Assembly: GCA_002269645.1 (NCBI GenBank)
Contig: NIVC01003358.1
Span: 1-32,587 of the forward strand
Reading direction: 5' to 3'
DNA from: Macrostomum lignano
Taxonomy: Eukaryota
Length of the DNA: 32,587 nt
Positions 23,138 through 32,587 of the stretch are shown in pieces. Positions within the stretch are counted from its first letter, which is position 1. Each line of letters opens with the position of its first letter. The notes under the pieces are model-generated. The model did no database searches. It was given only the letters and a program-made list of their open reading frames with translations, and was not told the DNA's origin. Position numbers and translations under genes: made by a program.

Positions 23138-24361
23138 CCAACAACAGCCCGATTCGCCACCCCTAAAATCTGTCGCAATGGCTCCACTTTGGCTGTGCAT
23201 GTGTTCACACTCACACAGAACCCTCAACCCCAATGTTGGTATTGGCTGAATGTGACAAGGGACTGGCTGCCTTGCAAGGGTCCTTGCACACTGTGGCAGT
23301 AGAGGACACGCTCATTCTCCCCCCCCCCTGTCCGCTCCTCTCATTCGCTACGGGCAACGCGACGGCGGTGGTGCGAAGGGGGACCGAATGGGGGTGGCTG
23401 CACGCTTTGCACAAGCGGTAAGAAGTAGGAGAGTTGGTGAGAACCGGTTTCCAATATAGCAGCGGACGGACAGGAGTTTCAGATCAGGGCAGGAAAGCGA
23501 GGCCAGCCAGAGCTAAACTGAGTTTTCAGCATTCGCTACAAGCCCTTCTGCTAACTGACTTACCAACGAAGCTCTTCAACTCCAAGTAAGTTTGAACTCA
23601 GTGCTTATTTCGAGTCTGTATAAGCCAGTGAGTGTGTGAATCATTGAATGCTACTATCTCGCTCAGTTTTGATATTTGTGTAACCGAATTTTGACTCAAA
23701 GTGTCTTGCCTGGGCTCTCTCTCTCTAGTGTATGGATTTAGGTATGCAATGCATGCAACGACAAAGATAAGCTGTTACTCGGTAGATAAGACAGTGGGAA
23801 GGAGCCAGCCTTTCAAACTGGGTCACTGGGTGCCGGGCCAGTGCCGACCACTTGCTTGACGCAGGCTTTGAAACGGCCAGTTTGCAGACCAATTTTCTAA
23901 TTGTCAGGCGGTCCAGGTCGGTCAGGCTCAGAAGTCTAAACCTTTAGGCCAGTATAGTACAGTAATCATCGGGTCACTTTTATTAATGGCATTTAAACGA
24001 AATAATCAAGCTCAAAATTTCAAATGGTTGAAAACTAAAAAAAATTCAGTCAGCTTCACGAGCTCGAAACTTCATCTTGTCTAAAAGTCTTGCTAGACAC
24101 TCCCTAGCCGCTAGCTCGCAACTTGAGCGAATTCGACCATTTCGACGCACTGAAGTTTCGAGCTTATAAATTTTACTGTCTTTTGAAAGCGACCCCAGAA
24201 ATATTAAAGCCCAATGGCTTCGTTCGCTCATTCTTCGCCAGAATGAGTTGTGCTCTTAGCTCGTATAATGCACAGCGTGAAACTATAAAGAATTGCAGTT
24301 CAGGTGAGGCAACTCCAAAACCCTGCTGCCCGCAGGTCGTATCTGCCTGTCTGTGCCGGTC

Positions 24362-24607
24362 ATGATGACTTCGCTGCTGACTGTCGTGCTGCTGCTCGCC
24401 GCTCTCCACAGCCCTGTCCGGGGCGTCACTCTTCAAGAGGGCAAGTCGAACCCGCAGAAGTACATTTACTATGACACCGACGAGTTCAACCCCTGGATCC
24501 ACCTGGCCATATCGCTGCCCATCCTGTACGCCATCCTGATCTTCATCTGGTCCGGCGTCACCCTCTACATGAAGCTGAGCGGCAAGAGCCGGCAGAGGCG
24601 GCAGTAG
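24362..24607 (+). CDS. 81-aa predicted type I single-pass membrane microprotein with signal peptide; family unknown
   Basis: MMTSLLTVVLLLAALHSPVRG|VTLQEGKSNPQKYIYYDTDEFNPW-IHLAISLPILYAILIFIWSGVTLYM-KLSGKSRQRRQ. Strong C/G third-position bias matching the other genes. Splice acceptor CCCGCAG ends at 24335, 26 nt upstream of the ATG; candidate 5'-UTR donor GTAAGT at 23586. Confidence 0.72.
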   Translation: MMTSLLTVVLLLAALHSPVRGVTLQEGKSNPQKYIYYDTDEFNPWIHLAISLPILYAILIFIWSGVTLYMKLSGKSRQRRQ

Positions 24608-25639
24608 GCTGGTTGAGTGAGAAGAAACTGCCGGGCTGGGTGGGAGCTCAGGGAAAGTGCATGGACTATGCGAGAGATGCGTGGGGCTTTGGAAAACTCT
24701 CCGCTTCTCCAGTGCAAGGCACTCAAAGCCCCGGCTGCCAACTGCTTGAACCCGTCTGTTGCTTGTTTATCCGGCGGCAAGTAAAAGCAACTCTATGCAT
24801 AGAACATTAATTACTGCAGTAAGTAATATGCTATTAGTTAGTTAGCTGCATGTTTTAGAACTATGAATCATTTGCAGTATCTTCCATATCCAATTCCATG
24901 GCCAAAGCAAATTCAAGAGCAAATTCTCAGCCAAATAGTTACTGTAAACATGAAATCTTGTTGTAGCAATAGCAATATCCATCAATAATTCGTGCAATTG
25001 TAATATTTAGTAGTGCAGTATATCATATAAATTTGTATTTTACGGCTCATTTTCCTATGTTTCCTATTCTGTTATTTGACGATTCAGGATCGGATCGGGC
25101 ACCTGCAAGCCTAGCAATTCCAATAGCAATATTCAATTTCTGCAGTTAGGTACCTTTATTTTTTTGTTTCAAGCACCTGCATGAATGTCTGCATGACGTA
25201 TTCCATCAGTTCGCTTTCCTGTTTGCCAGTTAAATCCTGAAAAATATTTTTAAAAACTAATCTGCCGAGTTGCTTCATAAATCATATCAAAAAGGCATAA
25301 ATCATGTGCTTCGGCGTAGTTAATAAGCGGTTTATGACTGACTGCTTTCCTTTAATTGGCTGACCTAGAATCGAGGTATTGATCGGTCCAAGCTTGCGTA
25401 CTGGTACGAAGATTCGGTTATTTTACGGTCAGTTAAAGTGAATCAGACGTCGAATTTGCTGCCGGGCACTTTGAGGCGATTCGAGACCAGCATATGTACT
25501 GCCCGTTAATGTAAGGCCAGCGTACGCGTACATTACATGTAGGTGTAATGCGCATGCATCCTTCGAGTCTAATATATCATAGTATTTTGCTGCCCAGAAA
25601 AGTCGTATTCCCAAATTTTGGTTGGGCAATCGGTTTAAG

Positions 25640-26880
25640 AAAGAAGTCAATGCATTTTCCGCTTTTTTGAGGCGGGGTCACAAACAGGTCGTCTGCCGCG
25701 CTGCCCGTCGCATGGCCGTTGTCAGGCGAGGCCCCCCCCCGCTGCCGCTGGCCTCCGTCTGATGATGCATCTCAAGCGTCCGCTGACGGGTCGTTGCTGA
25801 TCGTCGTGTCGGCGCCCGCTGTCACGTCTCCATTGGTTGTCGCGCCGGCGCCCACTGCCTGTCTCCGTTGGTTGTCGCGCAAGCGCTCGCTGCCGCGACT
25901 TCGATGGTCGTCGCGCTGCCATCCACTGGCGAGTCAGAGTTTGGTCTTTCGTGCTCGTGCTTGCCGTAGATTCATTGTTTGTTGCTGCGATCGTGCTGGC
26001 TGTCGTGTGGTATACGTCCTCTGGGATCACACGATGTTCGGCAGAGTGGTCGCTCTCATCGAGGTCGACTGGGTGCAAGGCTTGCAGTAAGAGAGATCGC
26101 GGTGCAGAATTGATGGCACCGTGTTCAGATGGGACCAAGGAAGCCCCAGTGGCACCTTTGTGAGTCCAGCGGAAGGTCAAGTAGAACCGGCGGCCAGATT
26201 TGCGGTGTTGCGAGGAATTCGATGATGAAAATTGGCAGACACAGTTGACAGACATTGGTTAGAAGACTGCCATGAAAGAGATCGAGAGATTGAGTATCTG
26301 GGATTCCCTCTGCAATTTTCGGTATCTGGAATTCCCACACCTATTCTGGGAATCTGGAATGTAAACAAGTCGAAGACTTAGCTACATGTATGCTTTTAGC
26401 TCAATTAAGTTTCGGGTGGCACCCGACCAAGACTGAAGCGATGAAGGGTCGACGCCGAGCACGATTCGTAATCCGCAAGCCAGCCGACGAATTGAGAGCC
26501 CGGACCGAGTTGAGACGCTTTCCTGTCGAAAGCTTCAACGGACTTGAGTAGAGGTTAGAGCTCCCTGAGGGGATTGGCCCATTTGAGCGTACTAGTGTAG
26601 TCAGGGCCGAACAAAGGAATAAGTCGCGGGTTCCGGTCGTCCTGATGCTGAAGAATGCCGATAAGCTAAGGGGTGACTTCTTTGGCCAAAAAATTGACTC
26701 CAGTCGATCCGCTTGGTTTTTTGACGGTAAGAAATTGTTGAGGCTGACCGTTGACGATCGTCATCTAGGTTCCAAAAGTCCGTGCCCTCCTTTTGCGAGG
26801 TCTAGATTCTCCACCGAGGTGATGGCCGGTGCAGCAAGCGCGACAAGCGCGAAGATCGAGTAAGTCAATAGATCGATGCC
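25640..26880 (-). pseudogene. Decayed coding-like region, unassigned (possible TE ORF remnant)
   Basis: GC-rich island with protein-like translations broken by stops and frameshifts (e.g. DDRNPRLIPLFGPDYTSTLKWANPLREL*PLLKSVEAFDRK; HRKSGRRFYLTFRW; repeated ATTNGD). No family motif recognised. Confidence 0.3.
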
Positions 26881-27044
26881 AGGGTTCATAGACAAAAGAA
26901 TTCAAAATCAATCCAAAAATTTTGAGACGGCTGAAGCATCCAGTTTGCAGTGAAGGTCAACATGGTGGATGACTGTTGCGCTATACTGAGGCCAGATCTG
27001 ATGGTTCCATTTCGTTGCAGAGTTGTCGCCAGGGGGTTTTCTGC

Positions 27045-27084
<40 letters not shown>

Positions 27085-27088
27085 TAGA
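27045..27088. repeat. (GA)n microsatellite
   Basis: ~20 GA units read directly. Confidence 0.95.
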
Positions 27089-27515
27089 GTACCACGGAGA
27101 TTGTACATTATGTTACCGTAAAGTTAAAACGATACCATGTTATTAGCGAAGAGAGTTCGTGAGTTAAGGTAAAAACGAGGAGAGTTGGCGAGGTGGAGAA
27201 CCCTGAATGCTCCAACGAGCATTGGGCTAAATCCTTGGTCCTTCGAGCGCATCGGCTGGAATATCCGATGGAACAAACGACAAGTAGGAGACTATTCCGT
27301 GGAATTTTTAAACAAAATTTCCAACACGCGAACTACTTGATACTAAATAAAGCTAAGAAATAGTGGTAGCCCCACAATCACAGTAATAGCTCGGAAAAAT
27401 CACCAGCAAATTTATCATATAGTCATTCAGGCAGCTTAATTACTTATAATTGACGTTTTGAATCATATTATATTTATAGATCAAGATGTAATTGACTTTT
27501 CAATTTTTTCTTTTT

Positions 27516-28980
27516 GGCAGTGACTATTCATCCGGTATCGGGTGAACAATGTGGATATTATTCGTCCGGTACCGGGTGAATAATGTCGTTTTTATTCGTC
27601 CGGTAGCGTTTAACAAAAGGAATGATGGTTGTTGACCGAAAATTTGTACATGCGCAATTGAAATTAATTTGCATCACTTCTTGTTATTCATGCTAAATCT
27701 TCTGTTCCAGCTATTAAGCATGTCGTAACAATGATCCTTCGCGATACAGGACGCTACATTTTTTGAATTGTGTAAACTAAACAGAAATTAATATACTGTC
27801 CGGTACCGGGGTGAATATCCCCATCTCTCTCTGTCTCTCTCTGTCTCTCTCTCTCCCTCTCTCTCTGTTTTTTTGGGTACAGAAGTTACGTTAAATGCAC
27901 GGTACATGTATGTCTGTGCATATTTAAGTAGTAAAATGTAAACACATGAAATAGGGACGCTCTACAGTGTACATGCACGTGAATTTGCTTCCGTAACCAA
28001 AGATTAATTGTAGGTTGATATTTTTACCACTCAGGAGATAAAAGGCTACGTCCATCGTATTTAAGTTTCATTTATGATGGCTTTACATGTATAGTATGAA
28101 AGCCGATGGTTCATATAAAAGCGTAAAATGGAGATCAAGAGGTTCACTTCAGAATTCAGATACACAGTGCTTTTCAATGCGCGCTGTGCTGCAGCCTACT
28201 GTCGCTTGCACACAAACCACCATGCACTTTGTGTGAAATTTGGGGTTTGAAAATTTCCATGCAATCTATGCATACACACGCATAAGACAACAATTCAATG
28301 GATCGATGAACCTTCACCATCAAGCACAAAGAAACTTGAGCCAATGTACATGCAGCTACTCATGAGATGAAAAAACATGCAATTGGTTGATGGACATATT
28401 TGTAGCTAGTTTTAATTAGTATTCAAAAAGTTCGACCTGCATGCTCATTGCCTTCTGATATTCTGATCTAATAAGTGGCGATCAATATAGAATGTTTATG
28501 GCTTGGCAAAAAACTAATATCAATAGAGACACACGCAGCATACTAGCTTTACTACTTTATCAAATGCGTCTTGATGCATTCGCTAGGTCCTCAACAAATC
28601 TAACTTCTGCTGTGCTGTCACATACCGTTCATGTCTGTCAAAGTTTGATGTTTTATATCAGTCAAATGATCAGAATTTACAAAATCCCCGTTCACTACAA
28701 ATGCAACTTCGCAACTTCGTAATACAATTCAAAAAATGTAGCGTCCTGTATCGCGAAGGATCATTGTTACGACATGCTTAATAGCTGGAACAGAAGATTT
28801 AAGCATGAATAACAAGAAGTGATGCAAATTAATTTCAATCGCGCATGTACAAATTTTCGGTCAACAACCATCATTCCTTTTGTTAAACCCTACCGGACGA
28901 ATAAAAACGACATTATTCACCCGGTACCGGACGAATAATATCCACATTGTTCACCCGATACCGGATGAATAGTCACTGCC
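27516..28980. mobile_element. Non-autonomous Mutator-like (MULE) DNA transposon, 1465 bp, ~256-bp TIRs
   Basis: TIRs 27516-27771 and 28724-28980 begin GGCAGTGACTATTCATCCGG and differ at about three positions by eye. Flanks TTTCTTTTT / TTTATTTTT fit a 9-bp TSD with one mismatch. No transposase ORF inside. Confidence 0.85.
27824..27866. repeat. (CT)n-type microsatellite inside the MULE
   Basis: Interrupted CT run read directly. Confidence 0.9.
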
Positions 28981-31900
28981 TTTATTTTTCCTATGTACAT
29001 TTTCTTGTTTGTTTGTTCAAAAGTACAACGACGTGCAAAGCAACAAAAATTAAAAAAGTAAAATATGCTCTTTTCTTTTTAAATACAATAAAGGCAAGTA
29101 AACAAGTAAACAATTTAAAAATGTGTTATGGGCACATTGAGTTTCAAAATAGCACATTTTTAAGGGCGAGGTGCCATGGCACATATTTTCAAATGAAAAA
29201 ACCCTGATCAAACCTATATAGATAAAATAAATATAATATAATATGTATAATGTATGTAATATAACATGTAACATAATAATGAACCCTGATGAATGAACCC
29301 TTTTTTAATTTTTATTGCTTTGTATATCATTGTACTTTTAAACAAACAACACAGTAAATTTATAGGAAAAAAATGAAAACTCTACCTGTAATTCCTATAA
29401 AAATGAAAACTATTTTTTCTACTTATAACTTTCTATTGCTTGTCACTATTTTTAAATAATAAAAATTATTTTTCTATTTCCTTTTTATACTTACAGTAAT
29501 AGTTTAGAACACTGTATTTACCTTGGAATAAAACAAACTTTTAGTTTTATGCAAAACTCTAGTCTAAATTTGTCAATTTTGATTTATAAGGTATTTATTT
29601 CAGTTATCATATAAATAACACTAGCACTATTTACATGGTAAATAACAAGTACCTATTACTCTAGACTAATGATTTTGATATTTAATTTCAATTAGACAAA
29701 GTTAAAAATAGTGTTCCACCATATCTATGGCTATGGCTATGAGATCTTATGGCAAATATAATAAAATAGATGCTTATAGCAACTATGGATAGGCCTATGC
29801 TTTTGCTAAGCCTATGGTATAGACTCCCAAATTGCTCAACCAAATTTGGCAAATAATACCAAATTTTACACATATAGTAAGGCCTAACTTACTATGGAGA
29901 ATATCTTAGGCTACCTTAAAATTTCCTATATATGTCTTCTTTTACCTACAAGTAAAATTCAAACAAAAATGTTAAAAAGTAGAATTTTTATTTGTCTTAA
30001 TTTTTCATAGTGGCTAGTGCTACTCTAGTCTAGCATTAGGCCTATAAAATTGAATAGGCCTATAAATTTGATATAATGTTTAACTATTTTGACAAAATTG
30101 TATAAAATTTCAAGTCTCTAAGTTAGGCCTAATCCTAAATTGCATAGTACACTTTTAAAGTTAGTCTGTTTTTTGTCAACAAAGCAACCATCCTAACTTC
30201 TACCTCTCCTTTCCTTATCTGGCTAGATATGACAGGGGTTTATAATTGACTAACTTTTGGCTACTATAAGTTTGCTTCATATGAAGCAATTGACTTCAAA
30301 CTTGATACAATTTTTCTTTGACTTTTTATTCTTTATCTAAATTTAAAGTCTCAATTTTATAACTCAGTTAAAATAGAAACTAAGCATGTGAAGTTTGTCT
30401 GCTTTTAGTTGTAGCAGGCCTACTTCTTCCTTGTTTAAATGATTTTATTATTTTTATCTTATATGCATATATATGGGCTATCGTCAGTACAAGTTACTTT
30501 GGTAGCTTCAGTGCCCAAACGGCAAGACACTGCTGATTACTAATCACTAGGGATGTCGATTCCCTGGGGAATCTTCTTATTGGGGACCCCAGGGAAAAGA
30601 AAAAGATAAGTAAAAAAAGGCAGATAACTTAGATCTTAAGTGGCATTTTTAAACTTTGATTTAAGGTTAGGACTACATGTTCATGGCGCAAACCGCTCAA
30701 GGGTAAAAAGTCAAAACTTTGGACAATATTTATTTAAAAAGTCTATTTGACAACGTGGGGCATCATATTACTAAATTGTGCACTCACCTTTGTTAAAAAA
30801 AAGAGTTCAGACTCCAGAGGCATGCAACGCAAGCAAAGGTGAAGCTGAAATTCATATTTGGTGCAAAATAGTACTGTTAAAAAGTGACAGTGTGAGTGAT
30901 ACTTTTTTAGTATAATTAATGAATGAGATTGTTTTTATAATTGGAATTTTTATTTCTTGCATTTTGTCCTTGTCTAATAAGGAGTATTTTGTTATTGTAT
31001 AACACCCCTGACCCCCCCCTATATGTCAGATCAGTGACTGATATAGGATTAGGCCTAGCACAGTAGTCAGTAAGGCTTATTTTTCCTGACGGGTTTCTTT
31101 TTCTATGCTGATTGAAGACTCCTAGTGAAAAAACATTCAAACATGGGTTGTGTTTGAAATAATACAGTGAAATAAGCAGTTATGCAGTTATCAGCTTTCT
31201 GTGAATCATTTTCTTATTTAAATGGCAAAAATTAAGTTACAAATGATTTATCACGGCGCAGTTTTTAATTTTTTTTCTCCCTAGTGTCCCCGGTCCAATT
31301 CCCCAGGGAGTATTCCCCGACAAGCTCCCCAAGGTGCTCCCTGAGCTCCCCGAGGTCAGACTATTACCATAGACTGAAGGGTTTCCAGCTTAGTACAGTC
31401 TCATAACTTAACATTGTATCATGCTTCTAGCTACAATAGCTTAGATTTACTATGGGAATCCCCCCTTCTCATTGGGCAATCAATCCTCTTTTATTCTGAA
31501 AAACACATTTGTTCGACAGTCACCTGCTTAACTGATCTATCAAAATGCCTCTTTCTATCCAACAGGGCCTTTCTATTCTTGCAATCCTACTATAAAGAAC
31601 TAAGACAGTGAAACCAGAGAAATCTTAATTTCTAGGTTATCAAAATAGTGAACCAAAAGAAGGTTAAAGAAAGTTCCTTAGTTTTTGTCTTAAATTTATA
31701 CTGACAAATCTTTCTTTCCATTAGCTAGCTCTACCTTCATTTAAACAAAGACTTTACTAAAACAAATTAATTCAATTCACTAAAACAAAATTACTTTGTT
31801 AAAACAACTAGTGCATTTAAACAAATAATGTGTATATGATATTTTTGGTAGGAATTTGACTTGGTAATAAAATACTAATATTTCTTAAAATAAAATACAC

Positions 31901-32369
31901 CAATCCAATTGGGTTTCCCTGAATATTATTTTGCAAATTATTAAGTGAACAAAATAATAAAATATATGATGAAAGAAAACACAATACATAAGGATCAAAA
32001 ACTGAGCAATATAATGGTCACAAAGAAATAGCAGACTATTAACATAAAAAAACATATAGTTCACTGGGTTCACAAATAAAAGTAAGTTCACATCAAATAA
32101 AGTTTGCAAAGTTCACATAGGCTTGGAGCTTGCAAAAGCATAGGTGTAACATACAACAAGTAAAATTCATGCAAAGATAAGCATATTCTTATGGTCACAT
32201 GAAATTAAGCAACATAAAAATAAACAGAATAAGCATGTAATTTGCAGAGTCATATGAAACTATGCAAATGAAATAAGCATAGGATAAATTTTATAAAATG
32301 CACAAGGCATAAGTATAGTATTATAGCATGCTAATGCAAAAGTTCATAGTTAATAATAATCTAATTTAC

Positions 32370-32587
32370 TTAGTTATGTTCCAGTTCAAACTTGTCTGGG
32401 AGCTGGTCATTAAAATGGTCAGCTAAGCTGATCAGCCATCCACCAGACCTTAATGTGAAATAGTAGCAATGAAATGTTTGGCCCACCTGACTCAGGTTGT
32501 ACAGCGTGTACTGTACCACTGCAATCCACAACTTAAGGTCAAACTGTTGAACATCAATCGCAGTACTGGCTTGGCCTGAGTGCACTG
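32370..32587 (-). CDS. Possible C-terminal end of a gene or TE ORF entering from the right edge; product unknown
   Basis: Frame is open from the window edge to TAA at 32370 (...LWIAVVQYTLYNL...WLISLADHFNDQLPDKFELEHN). GC is higher than in the adjoining AT-rich, 3'-UTR-like sequence. Confidence 0.35.
   Translation of the reverse strand, partial: VHSGQASTAIDVQQFDLKLWIAVVQYTLYNLSQVGQTFHCYYFTLRSGGWLISLADHFNDQLPDKFELEHN

Noticed and set aside
26680-26720. KRIDWSQFFG, reminiscent of a neuropeptide-precursor motif
   Set aside because: Not in frame with the nearby hydrophobic leader, no C-terminal dibasic site, and it overlaps a better frame; likely chance.

Overview
Eukaryotic genomic DNA, probably from an invertebrate animal, with no prokaryotic features. 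It has short GT-AG introns, GC-rich exons and dense homogeneous minisatellites. The style resembles the flatworm Macrostomum, but that is inference only. Four genes are supported. (1) An apparently intronless, type II membrane GT-A glycosyltransferase-like gene (CAP59/GT69-like motifs) on the minus strand, with a one-base frameshift. (2) An 11-exon SLC38A11-like amino-acid transporter on the minus strand (9964-18543), reconstructed by hand. (3) A complete, 3-exon, extremely divergent beta-tubulin-like gene (12212-14015, +) nested antisense in one intron of the transporter. (4) An 81-aa signal-peptide plus single-TM microprotein (24362-24607, +). The rest comprises six minisatellite arrays (units of 14, 18, 35, 48, 29 and 52 bp), a young Mutator-like element with ~256-bp TIRs, a MITE, a tRNA-SINE-like remnant, decayed coding-like stretches and an AT-rich right end. 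Most long ORFs in the supplied track are artefacts of the tandem repeats.
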